Below are positions 35,460 to 48,839 of a DNA stretch of 64,000 nucleotides, piece after piece. Below the pieces are notes generated by a model, which saw only the letters and a program-made list of their open reading frames with translations, was not told the origin of the DNA and ran no database searches. Both the position numbers and the translations under genes were made by a program. The DNA is taken from NCBI RefSeq assembly GCF_030144855.1, contig NC_082730.1, positions 1,488,001 to 1,552,000 on the forward strand. Direction: 5' to 3'. Each line of letters starts with the position of its first letter. Position 1 is the stretch's first letter. The stretch is from Hypanus sabinus. Taxonomy: Eukaryota.

Positions 35460-38400
35460 CATTATGATAGAGCTGAGGATGATCAAGCAGATTTACAAGT
35501 AGATGATGGGTGTAACATGAATGTAATACACGCCAATGATTGGGTACAAATGCAGACAGAGCAAAGTGTTAAGTAGTTCCATAGACAAAATTCAAAGGGC
35601 AAAGAATGCAGGACTGAAGGTACTTTATTTAAATGCGTGTAGCACTTGGAGTAAAGTGGACAAACTCATGGTCAATTAGAGATTGGTAAATATGACGCTG
35701 TGGGCATCACTGAGCTGTGGCTGAAAGGCCTTAACTGGGAGCTTATCAAAGGATACTTTGTACTGGAAGGACAGGCAGGAAAGCATAGGCAGTGGTGTGG
35801 CTCTGTTAGTAAGAGATGGAATTACATCTTTAGAAAGAGGTAACTTAAGGCCAGAGAATGTTGAATCTTTGTGGATGAAGTGAAGAAATTGCAAGGATAA
35901 AAAAAATTATGGGAATCGTATATAGGCCTTCAAATAGTAGCCAAGATGTGACGTTGAGATTGCAAAGGAAACTGGAAAAGGCATGTAATAAGGGTAATGT
36001 CATTATTGTAATGGAGGACTTCAAAATGCAAGGGGAATGGGAAAATCAGATTGGTGTCAGATAGCAAGAGGGAGTTTCTTAAATGCCTACAAGATGGCTT
36101 TTTAGAGCAGTTTGTGCTTGAGCCAGCTCAGGAAAAGGCTATCATAGACGGGTGTTGTGCAATAACCGTGATCTTAGTAGGAGCTTAAAGTAAAGGAACC
36201 CTTAGGAGGCAGTGATCATGATTGAATTCATACTGCAGTTTGAGAGGCAGAAGCATAACTCACATGTATCAGTAACACAATGGAATAAAGGGAATTCAAA
36301 GGCACAAGAGAGGAGCTTGTCCAGGTGGATTGGAGGAGGGTACTGACGAGGATGACCGCAGAGTAGATGGCTGAAGTTTCTTGGAATAGTTCAAAAGGTG
36401 CAGGATAGATACATCCCACAGAGGAAGAAGGTCTCAAAGTGGCAGGGGTAGGCAACCATAGCTGACAGGGAGGTTAAGGCAGCTTAAAAGCCAAGGAAAG
36501 GGCATACAAGGTAGCAAAAGTGAGTGGAAAGTTGGATGATTGGAAAGTTTTATCCAACAAAAGGCAACTAAAAAGGTACAATGGAAAAGATGAAACACGA
36601 GGACAAATTAGTCAGTAATATAAAGAAGGATACCAAAAGCTTTCTCGGTTATATAAAGAGGAAAGGGAGGCGAGAGTTGATTTTGGGCCTCTGGAAAATT
36701 ATGCTGGTGAGGCAGTAATGGGGACCAAGAAATGCCAGAAGAACTTAATGGGTACCTTGCAGCAGTTTTCACTGTGGAAGACACTGGCAGTGTGCTAGAG
36801 TGTCAGGGACCAGGAGTGCCATTGCCATTACAAAGGAAAAAGTGCTAGGCCAAGGTCTTAAGACGGATAAGTCACCTGGACCAGATAGACTACATCCCAG
36901 AGTTCTGAGGGAGGTAACAGATGCACTGGCCATGATCTTTCAAGAATCACTTGATTCTGGCATGGTCCCAAAGGACTGGAAGATTGCAAAGGTCACTCCA
37001 CTCTTTAAGAAGGGAGGAAGGAAAAAGAAAGGAAATTATAGGCCATTTAGCCTAACCTCAGTGGTTGGGAAAGTGTTGGGAGTCTATTAAGGATGAGGTT
37101 TCCGAGTATTCAGAGACTAATGATAAAATAAGTCTAAGTCAGCATGGTTTCGATAAAAGGAAATCTTGCCTGACAAATCTATTAGAGTTCTTTAAGGAAG
37201 TAACAAGCAGGGTAGACAAAGTAGAAGTAGTGGATGTCATTGATTTGGATTTTCAGAAGGCATTTGATAAGGTGCTAGTTAGGTGCATTTGATAAGGTGC
37301 TTGTTAACGACTAGTTAACAAGAAAATCCTATGTCATTACAGGAAAGATACTGCCATGGATAGAGGAATGGCTGACAGGCAGGAGGCAGTGAGTGGGAAT
37401 AAAGAGGGCCTTTAATGGTTGGCTGCCAGTGACGAGGTGTTCCAAGGGTATTGGGACAGCAACTTTTCACATTGTTTGCCAATGATTTAGATAGTGGAAT
37501 TGATGGCTTTGTGGCAAAATTTGCAAATGATACGGAGCTAGGTAGAGGGGTAGATAGTGCTTAACGAAGCACTGAAAATGTGCAATAAAGTGGCATATAT
37601 TATAGTGTTGGGAAATATATGAAAATGCATTTTGGTAAAAAAGAAACAATAGTGCGGATTATTATCTAAATGGGAGCAAATTCAAACATCAGAGACGCAA
37701 AGGGACTTGGGAGTCGACATGCAAGATGATTTCCAGATTAAATTATAGGTTGAGTCTGTGGTACAAAGAGGCAAATGCAATGTTGGCATTCATTTCAAGG
37801 GGAACAGTATATAAAGGCAAGGAGATAATGCTGAAGCTTTAAAAGACACTAGTCTGGCCACCCTTGGAGTATTGTAAGCAGTTTTGGGCACCCTATCTCA
37901 GAAAGGATATGTTATGATTGGAGTGTCTAGAGTAGGTTCATGAAGAGGATTATAGACAATAGACAATAGGTGCAGAAGTAGACCATTCGGCCCCTCGAGT
38001 CTGCACCGCCATTCTGAGATCATGGCTGATCATTCACTATCAATACCCAGTCCCTGCCTTGTCTCCATATCCCTTGATTCCCCTATCCATCAGATATCTA
38101 TCTAGCTCCTTCTTGAAAGCATCCAGAGAATTGGCCTCCACCGTCTTCCGAGGCAGTGCATTCCACACCTCCACAACTCTCTGGGAGAAGAAGCTCTTCC
38201 TCAACTCTGTTTTAAATAACTGACCTCTTATTCTCAATCCATGCCCTCTGGTACTGGACTCTCCCAACATCTGGAACATATTTCCTGCCTCAATCCTATC
38301 AAATCCTTTAATTATCTTAAACGTTTCAATCAGATCCCCTCTCAGTCTCCTCAATTCCAGCGTGTACAAGCCCAATCTCTCTGCGTAAGACGGCCCTGCC

Positions 38401-39325
38401 ATCCCAGGAATCAACCTAGTGAATCTACGCTGCACTTCCTCAATTGCCAGAATGTCCTTCCTTAAACCTGGAGACCAAAATTGTACACAATATTCCAGGT
38501 GTGGTCTCACCAGGGCCCTGTACAAATGCAAAAGGACATCCTTGCTCTTGTACTCAATTCCCCTTGTAACAAAGGCCAACATTCCATTTGCCCTCTTCAC
38601 TGCCTGTTGCACTTGCTCATTCACCTTCATTGACTGGTGAACTGGGACTCCTGGGTCTCTTTGCATTTCTCCCTTATCTAACTCTACACCGTTCAGATAA
38701 TACTCTGCCCTCTTGTTCCTGCTTCCAAAGTGGATAACTTCACATTTATTCACATTGAATGACATCTGCCCAGTATCTGCCCACTCACCCAGCCTATCCA
38801 AGTCTCCCTGTATTCTCCTAACGTCCTCTTCGCATGTCACACTGCCACCCAGTTTAGTATCGTCAGCAAACTTGCTGATATAGTTTTCAATGCCCTCATC
38901 TAAATTCAAGGAAGGAAAGGGTTAACACGAGGTGGTTTCGGCAGCTTAGCCTGTACTCACTGGAATTAGAATGTGTGGGGATCTCATTGAAACCTACCGA
39001 ATGTTAAACGGACTAGATACGGTGAATGTGGAGAGGATGTTTTCTCTGGTGGGGGTATCAAGAAGGCACAACCTGAAAAATTGAGGGGCAAACATTTAGA
39101 AGAGGTAAAGATTGTTTTTCAGCTAGAAAGTGCTTAATCTGTGGAATGCTCTGCCACAGGTTGCAGTGGAGGCCAAGTCCATGGGTATATTTAAAGCATT
39201 GGTCAAGGCAATAAAGGATATTGGGAGAAGGCAGGTGTATGGGGTTGAATGGGATCCAGGATCAGCCATGATGGACTGGTGGAGCAGACTCAATGGGATG
39301 AACGACCTAACTGCTCCTGTCTTAT
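35460..39325 (+). mobile_element. CR1 LINE ORF2 (same subfamily as 6960-9750), interrupted by young CR1 copy B
   Basis: Shares ATGATAGAGCTGAGGAT..CAG.TTTACAAGTAGATGATG; ORFs 36800-37090 and 37065-37292. Confidence 0.9.
37952..38905 (-). mobile_element. Young CR1, short 5'-truncated copy B
   Basis: ORF 38040-38909 nearly identical to 15827-16765 and 57233-58171; CTATTGT tail. Confidence 0.96.
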
Positions 39326-39899
39326 ATCATTCTTCTTGTAATTGAGTTTTAAAATGTATTGCAGCTACAAAACTGATTTCATGACATGTTGCCAGCAGTA
39401 TTACACTTGATTCCAATTCTTATTCAATAATCACTTATTGTTTATCTTCCCAATAACTGAAAGCACACCTGTTTCTATCTTCTATTGATTGTTTGGAGTC
39501 TGTATACACCCCTAGTACGGTGAGCATAGGCATTGTAGTGGCATCAGCACTGGATTTTGAGCGTGTGTATCTGAGTTCAAATCCAGCCGAGTCCCAACCC
39601 AGGCAGCAGCCGTATCTGTGCTGAAGAAAGGACTGGCAATCTACTTCTGTACCTTGCCACAAAAAAAAACTATCGACTACTATCAACAGGCTTACGACAA
39701 GATGACAAAGCACTCAATGACAAGGTGACCATGTCTCATTTGATCCAGGATATCCTGAATACTGAAGCAATGCAGGTGTACGGGGTTGACCTGACTAGCA
39801 ACCCAATGCCCCCTCTTTTTAGTGTAGGGGTTCCCAGGCATTTTCTAAATGTCATGGACCAATACCATTAAGCAAGGGGTCCGTGGATTGAGGGTTGGG

Positions 39900-41010
39900 A
39901 ATCACAGAGCAATACTGCACAGGAGCAGCCCCTTCAGTCCATGTCAAACTAGTCCCACCCACCCACACCAGGACCAGAATCCTCATGCCCCTGCCACCCA
40001 CATACTCATCCAAACTTCTCTTAACTGTTGAAATTGAACCTGCATCCTCCACTTGTGCTGGCAGCTTGTTCCACTCTCACAGTACCGAGTGAAGTTCTTC
40101 CTCAGGATCCTCTTAACTATTTCACCTTTCACACTTAACCCATGACTTCTAGTTTTTACCCAGTGGAAAAAGCCTACTATCTAGTTTTATACCTCTATTT
40201 AATCTCCCCTTATTCTCCTATGCTCCAGGGAATAAAGTCCCAACTCATTCAATCTTCCCCTACATCTCAGGTCAAGTCCCAAAAGCATCCTTGTAAATTT
40301 TCTCTGCACTTTCAAATCTTATTGATAATCTTTTTTGTAAGTTGGTGATCAGAACTGCACATAATTCTCCAAATTCAGCCTCACCAATATCTTGTACAAC
40401 TGCTGTAAGGAGTTTGTACATTCTCCCGTGACCATGGGGGTTTGCTCACACATTCCAAAGATGTACCAGTTGATAGATTAATTGGTCATTGTAAATATTC
40501 CTGTGATTAGGCCAGAGTTAAATTGGGTGATCGCTAGGCAGCGCAGCTCTAAGGGCTGACTCTGCTGTATATCAATAAACTAAAATACGTTGATTTATGA
40601 AGGCCAATGTGCCAAAAGCTCTACAACCATCTATCTCTAACACTTCCAAACAATTACAGATCTGTACACCTAGATTCCTGTTCTACTATACTCCTCAGTG
40701 CCCATTTGCTGTGCAAGTTTTACCTTGGTCTATCAACCCAAAGTGCAACACCTCACACTTATCTGCATTAAATTCCAAGTCATTTTTCCAGCTGGACGAG
40801 ATTATGCTGCAAGCTTTGATAAATCTTCCTCGCTGTTCACTATGCCAATTTTGGTCACCTGCAAATTTACTAATCCAGTACCAATCCCTGCAACACACCA
40901 TCCAGTCAGAGGCAACCACCTACCACTACTCTCTGGCTTCTCATGTAAGGTCAATCTAATTTACTACCTCAACTGCAATTTCTCATTTCATCTCAATCTC
41001 CCATGTAAGA
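39900..41010 (-). mobile_element. Old CR1 fragment with a SINE inserted at ~40400-40590
   Basis: WISKFAGD..EFNADKCEVLHFG (ORF 40695-40919). Confidence 0.7.
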
Positions 41011-42242
41011 CCTTGTCTTTCACATTGCTTCTACCTCAGCCAAAACATCTGTACCCTGGAATAATGCCGCACTTTCAGCTATGTCATAATGCTAGTCCCA
41101 CATCATAATTAAAGTTCAGGCTTCACTTGCACCCCTTGACTCCTTGCAAAGGGACAGGTAGCTAAATAGATGTAATTTAGCTAACTGTTTCCACCTTACT
41201 TTAAACTTTCCCCAGCACTGGTAACTCTCCCAGTAAAAATGCTGGTCTCACTCTGGTTAAGATGCAACCTATCCCATTTGTACTGAATTCACTTTCTCCC
41301 AAAATGGTTCCTGTGATCTGGGGACCTAAAACCTATCCCCCTGCAGCCAGATTCACCTGACCTGTCTATGAGCTCCTGGGACCAGACGCAATGTAGAGAT
41401 GACTCTCCCTCTTCTGTAAAAGTTTACCACCAGCTCCATAAACACACACAAAGATCTCAACATACTCCAATTCTTCTTTCTTCGCCATTACTCTGCCGTC
41501 AGTGGCTGGGAGATCTGAACTCACAAATCCATCTGAATTCCATTGCCACATCTCTCCCTCACCCATCACAAATCCACCTACTCCTTCTATAGAAGTAACC
41601 AAGGTAAAGAACTCAAAGCAGTGTCTCTTGGATATATCAGTCAGGGCCTCTCCAACTGACACTGACCACCAGATGTGGGTTAATGCCCAAGGTGCCAAAA
41701 GCCCAATCTCCCCACCCTTCATTCTATTTAGTCCCACAAATAAACACTGTTGCAATCTCCCCCCCCCACCCCCACATTGTACACTGGGTCACTCATGCTC
41801 CCTCTGCAATGCACTCCTTTCTCCTGTCAGATCAGGCAGTGCCCTCAAGCTGAGAGGCTGCGATCTGAAAGCCACTGAGTGCACATGAACCCTTCCACTC
41901 CAGAGCTATGTACTCAGCCAGGGTGGGGAAAGACTTGGCCATTGCCCCCCCCCACCACGTGATGAACTGCTAAGTATCCAACTTATTGACTGTGTCACTT
42001 TACCCTGGACCCTAGCCAGAGCAGCAGTGAGTGTCATCACACCAGTATCCTGATCGTCAGCACACCAGCCACACTGGCCCGTTCAGCCCTGCTCCCACCT
42101 GCTAGACAGGAACAGGAGACTATTCAGCCCATCCCCAGCCTGTCACAAAGGAGCTCCAGGCTAATTGTGATGAGGCAATGAGCATGGAGGGTGGGGGGTG
42201 ATGAGGTAGAAATATCAGAAGCCCCTGTTTACAACCATACAG

Positions 42243-42248
42243 TTTAAT
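42243..42248 (-). terminator. Putative PFDN2 polyadenylation signal
   Basis: ATTAAA on the minus strand ~185 nt after the stop codon. Confidence 0.5.
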
Positions 42249-42433
42249 AATCACATTAGCAGTCACAAATGTTACACAAAGGTCTAATTCAGAACCCAGG
42301 TCCAAAATAACTGCTCCCAGGGATAACCCACTACACGAACCGTGTCCAAGGGTGATGGCACAATGCCTTCCCAGTCGAGCAGCAGCTGGGGCCAGCTCTC
42401 TGCTCCCCAGAGACAAAACAGGGATTGAGGAGG

Positions 42434-42601
42434 CTAGGAAACCAAGACTCCGGTGCCCCCAGTCCGGCTGCTGGAGTCACTGTCACGAGCCGACTTCTCC
42501 TCCTCGTTCATCAGCCGGATGTTGTACTTCTCCCGGTACTCTGTCAGCTCTCGACCCTTGCTCTGGATCTGGGCGTTCAGCGATTCGATCAGCTTCACCA
42601 G
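42434..42601 (-). CDS. PFDN2: Prefoldin subunit 2, last exon
   Basis: CCTGCAG acceptor; LVKLIESLNAQIQSKGRELTEYREKYNIRLM...GVLVS-stop. Confidence 0.95.
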   Translation of the reverse strand: MVKLIESLNAQIQSKGRELTEYREKYNIRLMNEEEKSARDSDSSSRTGGTGVLVS

Positions 42602-44424
42602 CTGCAGGAGGGGAGAGTAGCGTTAACACACTCACAACACAATGACATCCCAAACCCTCAGTGATCTGGCAGGGGAACCACACCCAATTCAGCGCACTTG
42701 GGTTTCCTGCTCTGGTGCAAAGCCATTGCTCAGAGCACTGGGTTAACATTTTTATATGGGTGGAGAAATAACTGAAACTGCAGACACACCTCAAACAGGC
42801 CCTTCAGCCCACTGAGTCTATGCTATTAGTCACCCACATGCTGATCTTTCACCAATGCAATTCCTCTCAAATTCCCCCAGATTTAACACCTCACCCACAG
42901 ACTAGGGGACAATATACAGCAGCCACTGATAGAAACCTTTGGGATGTGTGAGGAAATCCTTAGTATCTAGGCAGAAGCCACAGGGAGAACGTGCAAATTC
43001 CACCAGAGATCAGCACTGAAGCCAGGACTCTGGAGTTGGGGGCAACAGGTCCTGCTGCTGCAACGTGTAGTCAAGACGCACAATTCACTGTAAGACTATG
43101 TGGTGCCACTGGGTGCAGGGCAAACAGTGGCTTAGCTGAAGGGCCCTGCCGTCAGATTGACTGACGTCACAAGGTAACGTTACTGCCACTGTTGCTTCCA
43201 AGCTGGGCAGGCATGCAGCAGCTGAAAAGCTCCCACGCACACGCAGCCTTTATTGCCCCACAACTGGAACAAAGATAGACAAGTTTACAAAACAAAAAGT
43301 TTTCTGTGTTGTACCGCATTTCATTGTCGTTTGTTTGATATGTGCTGTGTCGTATGATGTGAGTGTCATTCCGTGACCATGATTGTTCTTGGCAAATTTT
43401 TCCCACAAAAGTGGTTTACCGTTGCCTTCTTCTGGACAGCGTCTTTACAGGGTCAGATTGTCTGCCTGGTGTCACTGGTCACATAACCAGGACTTGTGAT
43501 ATACATCAGCTGTTCCTAAGGCTTCACATGGCCAAGGGTGACCCAGAGGCTAGCAGAGGGAAGGAGGGCCTTTGGCAGAGGTGCATTTCTACCCAGCCAA
43601 CCATTTCATTATACCCTTTAAATTAAATTATGCAAATTTTCATTCTAAATATTAATATGCATATTACAAAAACAATTAAAATTCTGCATAGTTCTTAGGT
43701 CGTGTAAAAATTTCCTGCTCAGAGCAAGGGTTGGTCCATGCAGCTGTTTACATGAAAAATTAGAGTTGTTTGCTAGGAACAAATAAATAGAGGGATGACA
43801 GTTCCCCCTCAAACTCACCTAGAAGACTGCTAACAGAGAAGGTCGGTGCACACAGTAAAAGCCCATGGGAGGAAACGGGCGAATGGGTAATGGGTGTTTG
43901 TATGACTGGAGCTGACCCACAGGGTCAGTGCTCCACCCCTCACTGTGTTGTAGACAGGGATGGTTTAGAGGCGACGTGAAATGGCGTTAAGTCACAGAAC
44001 CCTAAAGGACCAGGACAGCGAGATAGTGTAGATTGCCCAGCTGAGACAGGGCATTAATTTATTTAATTTAGTGATACAGTGTGGAGTTGCCCCTTCCATC
44101 CATGCCACCTCGACAAACTCACAACCCCAGTTAACCATAACCTAATCACGGGAAACTTACAATGGCCAATTAACCTACCCGGTACATCTTTGGACTGTGT
44201 GAGGAAACAGAAGCTCCCAGAGAAAACTACACACTCCATGGGGAGGATGTAAGAAACTCCTTACAGAAAGGCAGCGGAATTAAAACTCTGAACTCCAGAA
44301 TGCCCCGAGCTGTAGTAGCGTAGCACTAACCATTACACTACCCTGGCACCCAGGGAGGGGGAATTATGGTTGAGGGGGTCCTACTGGAGATGGGAACAGC
44401 TGGGCACTGGCCCAACCACCTCAC

Positions 44425-44548
44425 CTGCTGCTGGTTGTTCTCCAGGGCCGGGAGAACCTCCCTCACCGTCCGTTCCACCAGCACGCCTCCCACCATACGG
44501 TAACACTTGCGGCTGGGATCCACCTCTGCCAGGGTTTCAATGACGAGT
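44425..44548 (-). CDS. PFDN2: Prefoldin subunit 2, middle exon (124 nt)
   Basis: LVIETLAEVDPSRKCYRMVGGVLVERTVREVLPALENN; CCCAG acceptor, CAG|GTGAGG donor. Confidence 0.97.
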
Positions 44549-45360
44549 CTGGGTGGGGAAGAGAGGAGCAGGGAATGAAGAGGCTGCTCACTCTCACCAC
44601 CATTTAAATGAGCTACTCAACCCTCATCTCTATGTTTTAGAAACTTCTTCCCTCTGTGGTCAGATCTCTAAACCTTTCATGAACACTAACATACTGTTCT
44701 ACTCTTGCTCTGCTTTTTGCAATGTATTAATTTGAGTTTTTGCACCACACTGCTGCCACAAAATAATTTTCCCAACATACATAAGGGATAATCAATCTGA
44801 TTCTGATGCCCACTCTCCCCATTCCCCTCAAATACAACCCCTCCTTCTACACACACCTCACACCCCATATCCTCCCCCAGGTACAGGCAAAACCCCAAAC
44901 AAACCATGTCAGCTCTCACCAACCCTAAAGTCAATCACTTAGCAAACAGACCCTTTGGCCCATCCCGTCCATACTCACCAAGATGGCTACCCGAGAAAAA
45001 CACTTGCCTGCATCATATCCCACTGTATGTGTATACTTGGCCAAATAACATTAAAGTTAACTCTACCACTTCGTCTGCCAGAATCCCACTTGAAATGTTT
45101 CCCCTCTCGCCTTAAACTGTTTGGACTCCCCTAGCCAGGGGAAGTTACTGGAAGCATCCATTTTATCTATCCCCATTGTGATTTTACGGGTCTCCTACCC
45201 TCCAGGGCAAACAGTCCCAGTCTCTTCTCTTAAACCAGGGAAGATCCTCACTAATCTGTTGAATACCATCTCCAGCTCTATGACTTTGCTAGATGGCCAG
45301 ATCTGCACATGATAACCCGAATGTGGCTCCAGCTATTCTCTGCTCCCCGCCCACACGCAC

Positions 45361-45557
45361 CCGTGCTCCACCACTTCCTGCTCCAGCTCCGCTCCCTTCC
45401 CGACTAGGTTGCGTTGTTCCTGTCGCAGACGATTGAAGCCGGCCAGCACCTGCTCGGGAGTAGGCCCGGAACCGGAGCTTGAGCCCGGAGCTCGGGGCCG
45501 ACCTCCCGACACGGGCCCAGCAGTACGAGCACCACCAGATCCCGCTCCGCTCTCCAT
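45361..45557 (-). CDS. PFDN2: Prefoldin subunit 2, first coding exon (protein 162 aa)
   Basis: MESGAGS...PEQVLAGFNRLRQEQRNLVGKGAELEQE..EH; GG|GTGCGT phase-2 donor; TATAAAA on the minus strand at 45599-45605. Confidence 0.9.
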
Positions 45558-45589
45558 CCCGCGGAGGCGGTGACTGGCGTTGCCAGACG

Positions 45590-46300
45590 TGCGCCGCCTT
45601 TTATAGACCTCCACCCACCGCAGGTAGTCCCCGCGAGCGCCTGTTGGGGCTTTGCCACCTGACCATTCGAGGATGGGGATTTTTTTTTACCAAACACAAT
45701 GAGGAACGGCACTGCCGATGCTTCATAGTGGTAAATATTCTCATTCTAAATGGCCACCGCCTCTTGTTTCCTTCGACCCTCATAAATAAAAGCAAAGGTG
45801 ACAGAATTTTAGCCAGCTAAGCCCGCCAGGACCCCAACCGTCGCTCCCGATTCTGGCAGCCATCTTTCTGTCTCGCTAATGCTCCTTCTACAGTTTGCAA
45901 GAAGAATCGGCGGGTAATTCCAGTTACACTCTCGCATTCCAGAGAACAATTTCTCAATGGATGCTCTCGAAGCTCTGAGTTTGATTGTGGCAAAGTAATT
46001 TTTTTTAAGTCAGGCTAATACATCGGTTTGCTCTAGAAAAGACCCTGACTCAGCCGTGTGCGAGAGTCGTGACGATGACGTCACCATAGTTGGAGAGGAA
46101 CGGGAAGATTTTTTACCAATCAGTGAGGAGGGGCGGGCTCATGCTAATAATTACCAGCCAATTAGAAGGCGAGGATGGGAAATCACTTCAATTGAGCTGC
46201 TCCTCATATCTGTTCACCCTCGGTTCCCAGTCCTTCATCATTTATGATTCCGACTCCGCACATTGACCCCTACCCTCTTGCCCATGACACTGACTCAGCC
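45590..46300. promoter_or_regulatory. Shared (bidirectional) PFDN2/NIT1 CpG-rich promoter region
   Basis: TATA (-) 45599-45605; YY1-like GCCATCTT ~45859; TGACTCAGC at 46046 and 46291; CRE TGACGTCA 46076-46083; CCAAT at 46116 and 46158; GC box at 46130. Confidence 0.7.
45879..45913 (+). CDS. NIT1: Candidate NIT1 upstream exon (MLLLQFARRIG-G), possible mitochondrial presequence
   Basis: ATG...GGCGG|GTAATT phase-2 donor matches the phase of the acceptor at 48830. Confidence 0.35.
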
Positions 46301-46539
46301 CCATGGTCCATAACCACCTGCTCATGACTCTGACCCCATCACGCAAACTCTTGAACACCTCAACAGCCCTACCCTGATTCTCTCCCAATCCCTCTCACTA
46401 TTAGTCCTATCCTGACTCACTGCCTCCCCACTTGACCTTCACCCATCACCACACTCCATTCCCCTATTGCATCCTGTCCCCGTGTCCCTTGCTTGGTCCC
46501 TCTATGATCTCAGTGCCTAGGGACAGACCTATCTGTGTG

Positions 46540-46872
46540 GACATCGAATTCTCCAACTTCCGGTAATTCCCTCCCTCTCCCTTCCCCCATCCCACCTTCA
46601 CTCTCCTAGCTGCCTATCACCTCTCATGACTCTGCCTTCTTCTACTACCCATAGCGCTTTCCCCTTAGATTCCTTCTTCACCTCTCCTGCCTATCCCCTC
46701 CCCCACCCCTTGATCTTTCCTCTGATTGTTTTTCCACCCTCCCCCCACCTTCTTTATAGGGCCCCTGCCCCTCCTTCTTTAGTCCTGATGAAGGGTCTCG
46801 ACCCAAAACATTGACTGCTTCTTTCAACGGATGCTGCCCGACCTGCTAAGTTCATCTAGCATTTTTGTACGT
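46540..46872 (+). mobile_element. Penelope-like terminal repeat with a minimal hammerhead ribozyme relic
   Basis: ATCGAATTCTCCAACTTCCGGTAA ORF end; AGTC-CTGATGA-AGGGTCTCGACCC-AAAACATT-GACT at 46781-46816. Confidence 0.7.
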
Positions 46873-46922
46873 CTTATCTGTCTTGTCTTTTGCTTGGGGT
46901 GGGGGGGGGGGGACCCACTCTA

Positions 46923-48552
46923 CAGTGCCTCTAAAAAATATTCAACCCCCTATGAAGTTTTCATGTTTTGTTGTTTTACAGCATTGAATCAAGTGAATTT
47001 AGTTTGGTGCATTTTTTGAGACTGAACAACAGAAAAGGACTCTTTCAAGTAAAAGTGAAAAAATCTCTACAATGTGATCTAAATTAATTATAAATATAAA
47101 ACACAAAATAATTTATTGCATAAATATTCACTCCATTCAAGTCAGTATTTAGTAGATGCACCTATGGCAACAATTACAGCCTTGAGTCTGTGTGGATAGG
47201 TCTCTTATCAGCTTTGCACATCTGTACACTGCAATTTTCCCCATTCTTCTTTACAAAACTGCTCAAGCTCTGTCAGTTTGCACGGGGATTATGAGTGAAC
47301 AGCCCCTTTTCAAGTTCAGCCACAAATTCTCAATTGGATTGAAATTTCGACTCTGACTTGGCCACTCTAGGACATTAACTTTGTTGTTGATAAGCCATTC
47401 CTGTGTATCTTTGACTTTATGCTTGGGGTCATTGTCTTGCTGGAAAACAAATCTCCCAAGTCACAGTTCCCTTGCAGACTGCATCAGGTTTTCCTTCAGG
47501 ATTTCCCTGTATTTTGATGCATTCATTTTACACTCTACCTTTACAAGCCTTTCAGGGCCTACTCCAGAGAAACATCCCCACAGCATGATGCAGCCACCAC
47601 TATGCTTCACGGCAGGGATGGGGTGTTTTTGATGATGTGTGATGTTTGGCTTATGACAAACATAGCATTTAGTCTGATGGTCAAAAAGCTCAAATTTGGG
47701 GTTTCATCAGACCTTTGAACCATCTTCCAGCTGACATCAGAGTCTCTCAAATGCCTTCTGGTAAACTCTAGCTGAGATTTCATGTGAGTTTTTTTCAACA
47801 GTGGCTTTCTCTTTGCCACTCTTCCATAAGCTGACTGGTGAAGCACCCAGGCAACAGCTGTACGTGCAGTCTCTTCCATCTCAGCCACTGAAGCTTGTAA
47901 CTCCTCCAGAGTTGTCATAGGTCTCTTTGTGGCCTCCCTCATTTGTCCCCTTCTTGTAAGGTCACTCAGTTTTTGAGGATGGTCTCCTCGAGGCAAATTT
48001 ACCATTGTGCCATATTCTTTACATTTCTTAATGATTGAGTTAACTGTATTCCAAGAGATATTCAGTGACTTGGAAATTTTCTTGTATCCTCCTCCTGACT
48101 TGTGCTTTTCAATAACCTTTTTGTGGAGTTGCTTGGAGTGTTCTTTTGTCTTCATGGTGTAGATTTTGCCACGGTACTGACTCCCCAGCAGTTGGACCTT
48201 CCAGAATAGTATTTTTACTATTCACTTGAAACACCTTGACTGCATACAGTCTCCAAAAACAGATCTCCATTTAACTGGTTACATGACTCCTAAAACCAAA
48301 TGGCTGTACCAGTGATGATTTGGTGTGTCGTATTAAAGGAGGTGAATACTTATGCAATCAATTATTTTGTGTTTTATATTTGTAATTAGTTTAGATCACT
48401 TTGTGCAGATCTGTTTTCACTTTGACACAAGAGTCTTTTTCTGTTGATCAGTGTCAAAAAAAGCCAAAGTAAATCCACTTTGATTCAAAATTGTAAAACA
48501 ATAAAACATGAAAAATTACTGCAGTGGGGTGAATACTTTTTTATTGGCACTG
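46923..48552 (-). mobile_element. Tc1-like DNA transposon, full length, same family as 3707-5299
   Basis: CAGTGCC...GGCACTG termini with long TIRs; ORF 47607-48155 MKTKEHSKQL..HKSGGGYKKISK..KRKPLL; frameshifted. Confidence 0.93.
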
Positions 48553-48839
48553 TGTTTGAGTTTCCTGGAGCTATTTGGATGGAGGCTTATTTGAGTGAGG
48601 GTGAGATGCATTTTGTGGGGGTAGGAAGGGGTGTATTTGAGTTATTTGGAGGTGTTTGAGTTTGCTGGAGATATCTGGATGCAAGTAGTGTGCTTTGAGT
48701 TTGCCGGGGTCTATTTATAAGGGATGTACATTATTTCAAAGTAGGGTGGTATTTGTGTGAGGGGTGTGGGAGAGAGGGAGGGAGGTTAGGCTGTTTACTG
48801 ACAAACTCTTCTTTCCTCTCCTGGGGCAGGACCGAGGCC

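Noticed and set aside
45780-45863. Minus-strand AAGATGGCTGCC as the PFDN2 start codon
   Set aside because: The ORF stops after ~27 codons and I found no convincing in-frame splice; it is better read as a YY1-like motif or uORF.
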